DNA from: Eledone cirrhosa | Taxonomy: Eukaryota | DNA length: 64,000 nucleotides | Reading direction: 5' to 3' | Assembly: GCA_964016885.1 (NCBI GenBank) | Contig: OZ024740.1 | Location: 356,624,001 to 356,688,000, forward strand | Part shown: piece by piece, positions 28,664-41,820 of the stretch | How positions within the stretch are numbered: the first letter of the stretch is position 1 | How the letters are laid out: every line of letters begins with the position of its first letter | The notes under the pieces: model-generated | What the model was told of the DNA's origin: nothing | What the model saw: only the letters and a program-made list of their open reading frames with translations | Databases searched by the model: none | Translations under genes and position numbers: made by a program

Positions 28664-29437
28664 GGGGATTCCTTTCTTTGTTTCTGTGCCTCTCCTTTGT
28701 TCTGTCCTACGCCATTTTGTTTCTGTGCGTGTGTTGTGTGCTCAGTCTGCGCATGCGCCACATCCGGGTGTCTGTGTGTGTTTATGTTCATTTATTTATT
28801 TGTTTATTTACATGTTACTGGTTGGTTGATTGTTCTATGTGTCTGTGTGTTTTCATTTTGTCCTTAATTGTAAGTTGTGATGTTGCTGTTCCACTCATAT
28901 TTTCTATTTAATTTTGGTTGTAATTCTTTCATGTAATTTGTCTAAATTTTGGTTGTAATTCTTTTATGTAATTTGTCTAAACATTGCGTCTTTTCTGTGT
29001 GTAGATTCTATTTTTATTTCTATGTTCTCTAATTTACTCTTGTGTTCTATTTTAGCATGTTGGTAGAGTACAGATGATTCTTTATTATCTTGAAGGTCTC
29101 GCCAGTGTTCATTTATCCGTTCCCCTACACTATGAGATGTCTCACCTATGTACACTATATTTTTGTCTCTACATTGTCCTTCAGTACATCTTATGCCCTA
29201 CGCTACATTTCTAGTTTTACAGTTAATATGGGGGCTTATTTTACAGGTTATACATTTCTTATCTATACATGAGGGTCTTTGAAAAGGGTATGTCTTGTTG
29301 GAGAGGTCACAGAGTGTGTGACGAAAGAACTATGACTATATATAAACAACTATCTGGTTGTGGAACTAACCAACCAACCAGAAATTTATAAATTTGTAAA
29401 TTAATAAATATATGATAAATTGAAGTGAAAGCAACTG

Positions 29438-32400
29438 GTGCGTGTGTTTCTTATTGGCAACATGACCCTCCCAAAGTATAACAATATCGGTTTCAACACA
29501 CAATTTCAGATAAAGAATCTTGCTAAACAAATTCAGAAACGAAATATCGTAAGCCTTAGCCAGGCTAACAAGATACTGAAAACCACCATGTTCTGTTGTC
29601 TACGAAAAACCATAACATCTCGACAACTACACTTCATAAAACAATGTGCCTCATCCAGAGTTTACACCAACACCATCAACACCGACGTAAGAAGATTACA
29701 ACTCACCAAAAAACGAGCAGATAGGCTAAAACGAACATTAATTCTAAACATAAAAAAGAAGATCTATAGAGAATTAAGTCATCAAGAAAAACATAAGCGT
29801 AACCTAATACAAAAAATAGCTAGGATCACCACACCAAGAGAGAAACTAATATTTATAAGCCTTATACATCCTGAAGAACAGTACATTACTCAAGAATGTG
29901 ATAAGCACTTTAACAAGAAACTAAAGTGGCTTAAGCAGATAAAGCTAAATCAAGATACTCTAGAGAATACCAATAGATATCCCGACAAAATTGACGGTAT
30001 AAATATGGCCGACACCTCATTAACAGAAGAGTTCAACAACAACAACAACACAAATATATATGGTAACACAAGAATAGATAACGATGAGATGTCTGTGTTA
30101 TGTTTACCCCCGAAATTTGCGACATTCAAGAAGGTAAATATGATTAGTTGTCTGTCAGAAATAGAAAAATCATTTACAAAACTACGCTGGAGCCTCAAAA
30201 ACAAAAACAATATACGCACACACATATACAACACACATCCCAACAACAACAGACATACAGACAGAAACAACAATAACAACAACACACACACCAACAACAA
30301 CAACAATAACAACATACCCAGAAACAACAACAACAGACACGCAGACACAAACAACAATAACAACACACACAACAACAATAACAAACACGGAGACAACAAC
30401 AACACACATCAACAACAGCACACATCAACAACAACAACACACACGCATTCAATGCCTCTCACCACCACCACAATCTTAACAAACACACAGACACAGAAAA
30501 CAAGTAATGACAGTAGCACAGAAATCACAGAAATAAGAAAAAGTAATAGGATTAAAAGGAGAAGGGAGACTAAGGACAAAGAGAATAACCAAGACGAACA
30601 CACAGACACACAAAATAGGGTAGATAACAACAATGAGCCAGTGGAAAGACACAGGAGTAATTATGAGAGACATAGAAACAACCATGAGGCTGTTGGTGGA
30701 AATAGAAATAGAAACAACACAACTAACAATAACAATAGCACTAGTACACATAAAGCAGCAGCCTGGAACTCTACGTTTTATAATCCCTCCGATAAATCAT
30801 TCGACCTGCGACGAGTCCACGACACGACTTTACCATTTAACAAACGCACGCAATTGCCGTCGCAGGTCGATGAACAAATAGAAGCACAATTTAGTATAGC
30901 TAGATCCGAACTTAGAAATATTATAGAACAGTATAGCAAGAAGCATAATAGAATGGAGGCCCAGCAATTGGGAGAAAAATCTGCAAATGTCTTGCGTAAG
31001 CTCATGCAGCGCTCACGTAATGGAGAGATAGCATGCTTTCCAACAGACAAGTCTGGCAGAATGTCGGTTGACAGCCTGCCAAACTACATCCAGGCAATGC
31101 AACCCCACATCACTAACACAAGAGAGGTAACACCACAGGAGCATGAGGATAGAGAAAAAGCCCTCAATGCCCATATGGTGATGTTGACAAATATAATGCA
31201 GTCCAACAAAAGGACTGCCAACAACTTCCAGGCCTGGAACAATGACGTGCCGGCGTTGTATGGGCTTCGAAAAGACCATAAAACGGGCTGGGACCCTGTC
31301 GCAGGACCACCAACACGGCCAGTCTGTGGAGCTAACATTGCTAGTAACTACAGACTGTCCTACTTCCTCTCCCTGATCATACGCCCCATCATGTCCCTGT
31401 ATCCATCTATTGACGTGGATTTTGCTGTGGAGAAATGCGTAGAAATGATCGGCGAGAGCAATGTTGAGTTCCGTGGGATTGATACCAGTGAGCTGGGACT
31501 CCTACTTAAGCTTACCTATAGTAATAATTACCTAGACACATATGACCTTAGCAACCTGTGCCCTACAAGACCAGCAAGAGGCAGACCACCTACCATTACC
31601 TCAATGGCCAAGAAAACCCACACAGATAGATGGAACGGGTGGACCAGAGCCATACGGAAACCCGAAAACCACGATGAACTGAAGAAAATGATTGCACATG
31701 CGGTAGGGGCCAACATAAAACTAACCCTTAAGGAACATATGTTCAAATTTAATGGAAAAACATATGTCCAAGAGGAAGGAGCAGCCATTGGTGTTAGCAT
31801 TGCAAGCGACATAGCTAACTTATTCATGGTATGGTGGGACAGTAGACTTAAACTTAAACTTAAAGAACAATTAGAAGACCCCTTAACCCTGATAATGCAC
31901 TCCCGCTACGTAGATGATATAAACATCGTAGTTAAGACACCCCCACTAGAGAACAGTCAGGAACTAGAGAAAAACACAATGGAAAGCATCCAGCAAATAG
32001 CAAACTCCATCCACCAGAGCATTAGAGTTACTATAGACTACCCAAGTAAACACCCCAACCATCGATTACCTGTACTAGACACAGAGCTCTGGTTAGATAC
32101 CATTAACAACAATAAACAAATCCTCCATTCCCATTATGCCAAACCCATGACTTCCAAACATCTGATCCACCGAAACTCGGCCATTTCGGACCATACCAAA
32201 ATCAACATACTGATTGCGGATTTGGTACGGGTGATGAGAAATGTGTCCCGCATGTGCACCCCCGATGAACTAGAGAGACACATACAACACTTCATCCACC
32301 GTATGCAGTTCTCTGGCTACAATCAGAGAGATAAAAAATCATAGTGTATAGAGGAGCCAGAACCAAATGGGAAAAAATGGTAAATAATGACATAAATGGG

Positions 32401-33032
32401 ACATGTATAGGAGCAAATTCTGGAATAGAATAGAAAGAACTAGGAACAAGGCTAATAGAATAAACTTATGGTATGATAGCAATAAATACCAGAGTGTAAT
32501 GTTCATCGATACAACCCCTAGAGGTGAATTAGCTTATAAATTTAGAAGGGCCCTAAATAAACATAAACTCAATATTAAGATAGTAGAAAGACCAGGTACC
32601 TCCGTAAAAACACTTATTAGCAAGACATACCCTTTTCAAAGACCCTCGTGTATAGATAAGAAATGTATAACCTGTAAAATAAGCCCCCATATTAACTGTA
32701 AAACTAGAAATGTAGCGTAGGGCATAAGATGTACTGAAGGACAATGTAGAGACAAAAATATAGTGTACATAGGTGAGACAGCTCGTAGTGTAGGGGAACT
32801 GATAAATGAACACTGGCGAGACCTTCAAGATAATAAAGAATCATCTGTATTCTACCAACATGCTAAAATAGAACACAAGAGTAAATTGGAGAACATAGAA
32901 ATAAAAATAGAATCTACACACAGAAAAGACGCAATGTTTAGACAAATTACAGAGGCAATAAACATAAAAGAATTACAACCAAAATTAAATAGAAAATATG
33001 AGTGGAACAGCAACATCACAACTTACAATTAA
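29438..33032 (+). pseudogene. PLE RT plus GIY-YIG ORF, disrupted
   Basis: PTDKSGR, LYGLRKDHK, RPVCG, SLYPSI, GAAIG..IANLFM, RYVDD and LPVLD, then C..CC..C, NVxY, YIGETARS..EH and EAINI..P.LN. Frameshifts near 32340 and 32400 and a stop at 32720. Confidence 0.9.
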
Positions 33033-33231
33033 GGACAAAATGAAAACACACACACACATAGAACAAACAACCAACCAGTAACATGTAAATAAACAAATAA
33101 ATAAATGAACATAAACACACACAGACACCCGGATGTGGCGCATGCGCAGACTGACACACAACACACACACAGAAACAAAATGGCGTAGGACAGAACAAAG
33201 GAGAGGCACAGAAACAAAGTAAGGAATCCCC

Positions 33232-33276
33232 AGTCACTGAAGAGGTCACAGAGTGTGTGACGAAAGAACTATGACT
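33232..33276 (+). ncRNA. Minimal type I hammerhead ribozyme (pLTR)
   Basis: AGTCA CTGAAGA G GTCACA GAGTG TGTGAC GAAA GAAC TA TGACT. Stem I AGTCA/TGACT, stem II GTCACA/TGTGAC, CUA cleavage triplet. Confidence 0.8.
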
Positions 33277-33418
33277 ATATATAAACAACTATCTGGTTGT
33301 GGAACCAACCAACCAACCAGAAATTTATAAATTTGTAAATTTATAAATATATAATAAATTGAAGTGAAAGCAACTGGTGCGTGTGTTTCTTATTGGCAAT
33401 ATGACCCTCCCAAAGTAT

Positions 33419-33512
<94 letters not shown>

Positions 33513-33519
33513 ATATATA

Positions 33520-34012
33520 TAAGTATGTATACGTACATACATATATGTATACAGACTACAGTAGTATGTATAAACATACATGCACACATATATATGTACG
33601 TATGGGTTTACCGAACATTTATTATAATGCTCGGTTTGTTTGTAAACAAATGTTCGGTAAACCCATACGTACATATATATATCTGTGCATGTATGTATGT
33701 ATATACATACTACTATCCGTATACATACTTATATTTAAGTATCAGCCGTACTAAGAGTGAGAAATGAATTTTCATTTTTTCCATTTATCGTTTTCGGTAC
33801 GCCCGGCCGACTAACTCACTCGATATGCAAATTAGGCTGCCCAGCCGTTAATATGCATAAGGAAAGTATATACTTTCAAACGTTCAATCAACTGACGGTA
33901 TACGGTCCTGATGACAGCTAATAAGCTAGAAACTAGTTCATCGTTCATTTGTCAGTTTTGAACAAAATGGCAACGATGGTTGCCGAACACTGTACGGCTA
34001 ATAATTTGGGCT
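33520..34012 (+). mobile_element. Diverged copy of the 420-bp hammerhead repeat unit with an inverted 5' piece
   Basis: Homologous to 54030-54450. Fold-back at about 33520-33730. Hammerhead ACGGTC CTGATGA CAGCT AATA AGCTA GAAA CTAG TT CATCGT at 33902-33944. Confidence 0.85.
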
Positions 34013-34013
34013 G

Positions 34014-37000
34014 TTTGATAATTGAGTTTTGCAAATAGTTATAAATTTGCACATAGCATAACTAGGCTGTATAACCACCGTGGAAACATTTGTAAGCACA
34101 CGGAATAAATTACCTTTTTATGATGTCTACCTGTTATTATTCATTCTTTATCTACACTCCGCAATACAGAAGGATCAGGAACTGAGTTTCTTCAACTATT
34201 CTTCCATAACTCGTTGAGTAACCCCTCACCGTACGTCAACCCTATCCAGTGTAGTAATTAATCATTACTGCATTCAGGATAATCCTAACCATTACTGTAT
34301 TCAGGATAATCCTAATCTTGCATAACCTAATAATCACCTCCTGCACAGCTGAGAAACCACACCGACATACGGCAGTAATATGGAAATGCATCATATAGGA
34401 ATGTAACTTAAAAACATACCTATACCTAACAAAAGGGAATACATTCTTGGTATGATACAACGCAATAACGACTTTATTCGCCGTGTGCGATAGAAGGCTT
34501 TCCATTTCGATAACGGACACGCCAATCACTCGTCTGAATCATATGGTTTTAAATCATGTAAAAACCCACCCACAAACCCCATCTCGATGCTTTCGAGCAA
34601 GACGTAATGAATACGACCATGAATATTAAATTTACCAAACATAGAAGTAATGAGCTGCAGACCAACATGAAAGCACTACTCCGAAGACTACAAAATACCA
34701 ATGGAATTGTTGTGAAAGCTGATAAGACCTCTAACGTGTATACCATGGATATCGATACATACAACAGTTTCATACGCAAAGAACTACATAAGAAATATAG
34801 AAAAACGAATGAAACTACACTAACGAACATTAACAACGAAGCATACAAGGTAGTGAAGAATCTCAAGATAGACGATAGAACCGAGCCGATTATACCCGCA
34901 ACCCCCACCTTTAATCTGAAGGACCATAAGGTAAATGTTGACTCTAACCCTAAGATTAGACTTATATGCCCTTCTAAATCAGACATAGGAAAAATTAGCA
35001 AACATATACTTGACAGAGTAATAACTCAATTGAAAAAGAAATAGAAATTAAATTATGGGACAACACTAGCGAAGCAATTCGCTGGTTTAATAACGTTAAG
35101 AACAAGAATAAGTTTAAGTTTATACAATTCGACATAGACGAATACTACTCTTCAATCTCACCTAACACTTTACGTAAGCCCCTATCGTTTGCCAAAGTCA
35201 ATTCCGACCTAACGGAGGACGAAATTAATATTATTCTAGAGGCTAGGAAAACTATTATCAAATTTGATAACTGCTACTGGGAACGTAAGGACAGACCCAT
35301 AAACTTCGACATCACCATGGGCTCCAACTACTCAGCGGAGGTCACCGATCTTGTGAGAATTTACATAGCCCACATACTACATAGAAAATTTAGTAAACTA
35401 CAGGGGGGAATATATAGAGATGACGCGCTTTTATTAGTTAATATTTTAAATAACCAAAACCTTGAAAGGCTACGGAAAAACATTAGAAAATCTTTTAGTG
35501 AACTGGGTCTAAAAATAACGTACGAATACAATCTTAAAGTGGTAAATTTTCTAGACGTAACTCTTAATTTAAATACCGGACTGATACGACCTCTCCACAA
35601 GATAAATGAGAACCTTATCTATATCAATTTTAACTCAAACCACCCACTTTCCATGATTAAATCGGTTCCCCGTAGTATTTCTCTTAGAATCTCTCGCCTA
35701 TCGTCTAACTCTGACATTTTCAGTGAACATGCTGAATACTATAATAACGCATTAAGGAATGCCGACCACCGGGATAAAATAGAATACATTGATAAGAATC
35801 TCCATAACACACATAGCTCTACACGAAATCAAAGAATACGTAACCGGGGTACAGAAATACAAGCGCGCACACACAGTACCACCAGACATACTAATAATAG
35901 AAAATCATCGCCAAATAAATCACGTTGTAGAAAGTATATCTGGTATAATCCCATTTTTAATGCTTCGATTAGTACAAAACTATCTCTTTCATTCTTTAAG
36001 TTAATCAACAAGCATTTCCCTAGTTCCGATAAATACAATATAATTCTGAACTCTAAGACTATTAAGCTATCATACTCCACTGCACCAAACCTTGAAGCAT
36101 ACATTTAAAAAACTTAACTTAAAGCAATTAAACAACAGTACAAAACAAAATATTTTAATAACAGATGAGCATAACGTAGTATCGGCCTCCCAACCACTAA
36201 ATGGGAGACGGGTATTACACAACCCACCTGAACTGTTATCCCAACCTATCCATGGTATACCTACTACCCACAATAAAAACTGTAACTGCCACCTAACTGA
36301 AAGATGTCCATTGAAGAATAAATGCCTAAAGTCCAACATTATTTAACAATGCGTCAGTTCAAATCCCGCCGAGGTTGACTTTACCTTTCATCCTTACGGG
36401 GTCGATAAAATAAAGTACCAGTAATGCACTGGGTAATTGCTGGCCTTGTGCCCAAAGTAGAAACAATTATTTAACAATGCGCTGTCGAATCGAACGACCA
36501 GAAATGGTATTACATCGGGTCTACCACTACCTCCTTTAAATCTCGCTGGTATCGTCATCGATTCTCAATTAAACATCCTAATAACCGTTTTGTGACACGC
36601 TCGCCAATAAGACCTGGCAACTCCGTGGACGCATCTAACAGTTCACCTTGAAATGGGATATACTTTCCAGCGCTAGTGCATATCGGAGTGGATTGAAGTA
36701 CTGCAGGTTATGTAACCTTAAACACTTTTACATCTTAAAATACAAAAATAAATTACTAAATGACAGAATCGAACTGCAACCACAAACTGAAGGCTAAATT
36801 CTTTCACTAAAAAATAAGTTAACATTCGAACCCGCAACTTTAACATTACTTTCTCGCTAAATACTTTCTCTTAATAACAACTTCTTAACTATATCCCCCA
36901 CCCCCACACTACAAGACAATACCCTGCTTATCACTATAAATGGATACTTAAGTGCACTTTGTAGCCTACAACTATGAACTCGATGAACTCCCATCCAATA

Positions 37001-37047
37001 GCTTTTGTCTGTCCCCTCTCTCTCTATTTCTTATACTCTCTCCATTC

Positions 37048-37116
<69 letters not shown>

Positions 37117-37577
37117 TCTCGCCCTCGGTCCACCTCCCTCCCTCTCCACATCTATGAACCTGCCCTCTGTGGCAATAAATAATTCCAACCTTAACTATCA
37201 ACGCATCGCTTAATGTTGTCGCTTTGAGAGTAACCAATATAATAAAACCCCTACCACAACAATTAGATTAAGATATCTATATTCTACAAACCACTCTCTC
37301 CCATTTCGCCAACCCTTGCATATTTCTCTCTCTCCCCTTCTTTCTCTCTTCCTTTTCTACTCCATCATCCCCAATAACTTCCCTTAAGGGTATTTACATT
37401 TTACATTTTAACCATTCTGCTCGGAGGAAACAGTGGTAACAGCATTTGATAATTGAGTTTTGCAAATAGTTATAAATTTGCACATAGCATAACTATGCTG
37501 TAAAACCACCGTGGGAACATTTGTAAGCACACGGAATAAATTACCTTATTATGATGTCTACCTGTTATTATTCATTT
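34014..37577 (+). mobile_element. Hydra-like Penelope element with ~132-bp terminal direct repeats, ORF disrupted
   Basis: Repeats 34014-34145 / 37445-37576. Motifs YGFKS, ADKTSNVY, LKDHK, RLICPSKSDIG, IQFDI, MGSNYSAE, IYRDD, NFLDVTL, SNHP, WYNP, CNC..CPL..CL, YIGST and CRLCNL. Confidence 0.9.
36354..36465 (+). mobile_element. 5'-truncated short SINE inserted in the PLE endonuclease, 16-bp TSD
   Basis: ATTATTTAACAATGCG at 36338-36353 and 36466-36481. Confidence 0.9.
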
Positions 37578-37578
37578 T

Positions 37579-37667
<89 letters not shown>

Positions 37668-37710
37668 GTATATAAATATATGTATATATATATATGTATA
37701 TATTTATATG

Positions 37711-37860
<150 letters not shown>

Positions 37861-37894
37861 GTTAAAAGAATAGAGGTGTAACACACAAGTTATT

Positions 37895-38304
37895 ATATAT
37901 TGGTAAACGGAGTAGAAAATGCTGACAAATTGTTCACAGTTGAAAAATGGTTTAATTAGGAATAAAAGAGTATTAGTGATTGAATGGGTTAGTATTCAGT
38001 TGTTGTTTTAAGTTTTTAAGTTTTTACCGGTTGCGCATTTCTAAATGCTTTTCAAAAATAATTTTGAGATAGAGTGTCCGTGCTGTTTGCTCTGGTCTGT
38101 TTGCTCAGATCAGAGCAAACAGCACGGACACTCTATCTCAAAATTATTTTTGAAAAGCATTTAGAAATGCGCAACCGGTAAAAACTTAAAAACTTAAAAC
38201 CACAACTGAATACTAACCCATACAATTACTAATACTCTTTTATTCCTAATTAAACCATTTTTCAACTGTGAACAATTTGTCAGCATGTTCTACTCCGTTT
38301 ACCA

Positions 38305-38310
<6 letters not shown>
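37895..38310. mobile_element. Fold-back pair of pLTR fragments of the Neptune-like family at 41112-43830
   Basis: About 200-bp inverted arms around 38100, homologous to 41112-41305. Hammerhead-like TTGAAAA GCAT TTAGAA ATGC GCAA CCGG TA AAA at 38150-38183. Confidence 0.8.
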
Positions 38311-38335
<25 letters not shown>

Positions 38336-38875
38336 TATATTTAGAGTTATAAACTCAAACAGTCCTTTACAATTAATTAGCTCAAAGAAAGAAGCATTTC
38401 TGAGCCGTGAAATAAAAGTTAATATAAATTAATATATGATAAACACATAAGTGTTTGTATTGTAAATGACCAAGTTAGCTAGAATGAAATATACTAATTA
38501 AAATAAATATAGTTTGCCTGTCTCGATTTAAAATAATAAATCAATAAAAACAAACCCATATTGGCAATAACCGTGATACCTGGGCAAATTTAAATTTCAA
38601 AATCCAAACCTGTTCCGCAGACAAATTTAAATTTCAAAACCCATATAAGTTTCGCAACGATAGTATAAAAAAGTGAAAGATTCCATTTTCTGTGTTCATC
38701 AACAGGTATCCAGAAAATTAGGATGTTTCAGCTCGAAATATTTTTGGAGGTCTGGTGTACAAGCGCTAACGCACGTGGTTTTCCAGCTCACTAGCTAACC
38801 CCATACTCATGGTGCTAGAAATAACAGCCGCTTATATGGGATTAAAATTTAGCTCAACAAAAGGAGCCGTGATAT

Positions 38876-38947
<72 letters not shown>

Positions 38948-38971
38948 GCATATATATATATTTATATATAT

Positions 38972-40812
38972 ACCTCAATGGCCAAGAAAACCCACAGAGA
39001 TAGATGGAACGGGTGGACCAGAGCCATACGGAAACCCGAAAACCCCGATCAACTGAAGAAAATGATTGCCCATGCGGTAGGGGCCAGCATAAAACTAACC
39101 CTTAAGGAACATATGTTCAAATTTAATGGAAAAACATATGCCCAAGGGGAAGGAGCAGCCATTGGTGTTAGCATTGCAGGCGACATAGCTAACTTATTCA
39201 TGGTATGGTGGGACAGTAGACTTAAACTTAAACTTAAAGAACAATTAGAAGACCCCTTAACCCTGATAATGTACTCCCGCTACGTAGATGATATAAACAT
39301 CGTAGTTAAGACACCCCCACTAGAGAACAGTCAGGAACTAGAGAAAAACACAATGGAAAGCATCCAGCAAATAGCAAACTCCATCCACCAGAGCATTAGA
39401 GTTACTATAGACTACCCAAGTAAACACCCCAACCATCGATTACCTGTACTAGACACAGAGCTTTGGTTAGATACCATTAACAACAATAAACAAATCCTCC
39501 ATTCCCATTATGCCAAACCCATGACTTCCAAACATCTGATCCACCGAAACTCGGCCATTTCGGACCTTACCAAAATCAACATACTGATTGCGGATTTGGT
39601 ACGGGTGATGAGAAATGTGTCCCGCATGTGCACCCCCGAAGAACTAGAGAGACACATACAACACTTCATCCACCGTATGCAGTTCTCTGGCTACAATCAG
39701 AGAGATAAAAAATCATAGTGTATAGAGGAGCCAGAACCAAATGGGAAAAATGGTAAATAATGACATAAATGGGACCTGCCCCTTGCATAGGAGCAAATTT
39801 TGGAATAGAATAGAAAGAACTAGGAACAAGGCTAATAGAATAAACTCATGGTATGATAGCAATAAATACCAGAGTGTAATGTTCATCAATACAACCCCTA
39901 GAGGTGAATTAGCTTACAAATTTAGAAGGGCCCTAAATAAACATAAACTCAATATTAAGATAGTAGAAAGACCAGGTACCTCCGTAAAAACACTTATTAG
40001 CAAGACATACCCTTTTCAAAGACCCTCATGTATAGATAAGAAATGTATAACCTGTAAAATAAGCCCCGATATTAACTGTAAAACTAGAAATGTAGTGTAT
40101 AGCATAAGATGTACTGAAGGACAATGTAGAGACAAAAATATAGTGTACATAGGTGAGACAGCTCGTAGTGTAGGGGAACGGATAAATGAACACTGGCAAG
40201 ACCTTCAAGATAATAAAGAATCATCTGTACTCTACCAACATGCTAAGATAGAACACAAGGGTAAATTAGAGAACATAGAAATAAAAATAGAATCTACACA
40301 CAGAAAAGACGCAATGTTTAGACAAATTACAGAGGCAATAAACATAAAAGAATTACAACCAAAATTAAATAGAAAATATGAGTGGAACAGCAACATCACA
40401 ACTTACAATTAAGGACAAAATGAAAACACACACACATAGAACAAACAGCCAACCAGTAACATGTAAATAAACAAATAAATAAATGAACATAAACACACAC
40501 AGACACCCGGATGTGACGCATGCGCAGACTGAGCACACAACACACACACAGAAACAAAATGGCGTAGGACAGAACAAAGGAGAGGCACAGAAACAAAGAA
40601 AGGAATCCCCAGTCACTGAAGAGGTCACAGAGTGTGTGACGAAAGAACTATGACTATATATAAACAACTATCTGGTTGTGGAACCAACCAACCAACCAGA
40701 AATTTATAAATTTGTAAATTTATAAATTTATAAATATCTAATAAATTGAAGTGAAAGCAACTGGTGCGTGTGTTTCTTATTGGCAACATGACCCTCCCAA
40801 AGTATAACAATA
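38972..40812 (+). mobile_element. Second, 5'-truncated copy of the YVDD PLE family
   Basis: ORFs 38978-39718 and 39741-40412 are near-identical to 31600-33032. Same 3' end (CCAAAGTATAACAAT-(TA)n). Hammerhead at 40611-40655. Confidence 0.92.
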
Positions 40813-40835
40813 TTTATATATATATATATATTTAT

Positions 40836-41030
40836 ATCAATGTGAAGGCTGGATTTCAGTAAACTCTTCTATTGTAGCATAATACGTATTTCTGTAGTCA
40901 ATTAATTATGTCTTCAGACCATGGCGCATTAAAATCGCCATGGTCTGAAGACATAACTAATTGACTAATTGACTACAGAAATAGGTATTATGCTACAATA
41001 GAAGAGTTTATTGAAATCCAGCCTTGACAT

Positions 41031-41034
<4 letters not shown>
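40836..41034. mobile_element. Fold-back pair of the 3' terminus of the element at 44044-45590
   Basis: About 92-bp inverted arms; the left arm matches 44044-44143. Contains CTGAAGA...GAAA. Confidence 0.8.
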
Positions 41035-41111
<77 letters not shown>

Positions 41112-41115
<4 letters not shown>

Positions 41116-41497
41116 TAAAAGGAAAAGAAAATGCTGACAAATTGTTCCCAGTGAAAAATAGTTTAATTAGGAATAAGTAAAAATTAGTAATAGTATTGGT
41201 TAGTATTCAGTTTGGGTTTTAAGTTTTTACCGATTACCGGTTGCGCATTTCTAATGCTTTTCGAAAATAATTTTGAGCTAGAACGCCCGTGATGTTTGCT
41301 CTATTCTGATTAGTTTTCGAAATTCTACCTGTTTTATGTGGAAAAAGTGGCTCCAGATGTATGAAAAAATTCTTGTGGTCAAAACAATTTTGATTGGTCG
41401 GTAGAGGTCATGTGAATGTTAAAAATTGATTTTGCGCCAAATGTAGGTTTGTCTCGGCTGATTGAGAAGTCACTGAAAAATAAGTCTTTTAAGACAA

Positions 41498-41535
<38 letters not shown>

Positions 41536-41773
41536 TAGTAAAGAGGTTCGTTGTTGTGATAATGGTCAGCGGAGATGTGTGTGCGAACCGCAGCCTGCTG
41601 ACAGGTCAACAGTTCAGATGCCTATTAAGACAAGTGTATGTGTGTGTGTGTGTGTGTGTGTAGCAGAGTAATTCGTGGTAGAGGGATCGGTCAGTAGGAA
41701 TGTGTCTGTACGTGTGTGGGGGATATTTTAACATGTTAAAAGATATTTTTCAGCTCTTGTCTTATACGGAGAA

Positions 41774-41820
<47 letters not shown>

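Larger units (their letters stand above)
28410..33423 (+). mobile_element. Near full-length Penelope-like element (YVDD family) with pseudo-LTRs and an inverted 5' copy (28410-29297)
   Basis: Direct repeat 29301-29485 / 33242-33423 runs into the ORF start. The inverted segment holds the EN end, UTR and pLTR. (TA)n lies at both ends. Confidence 0.92.
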
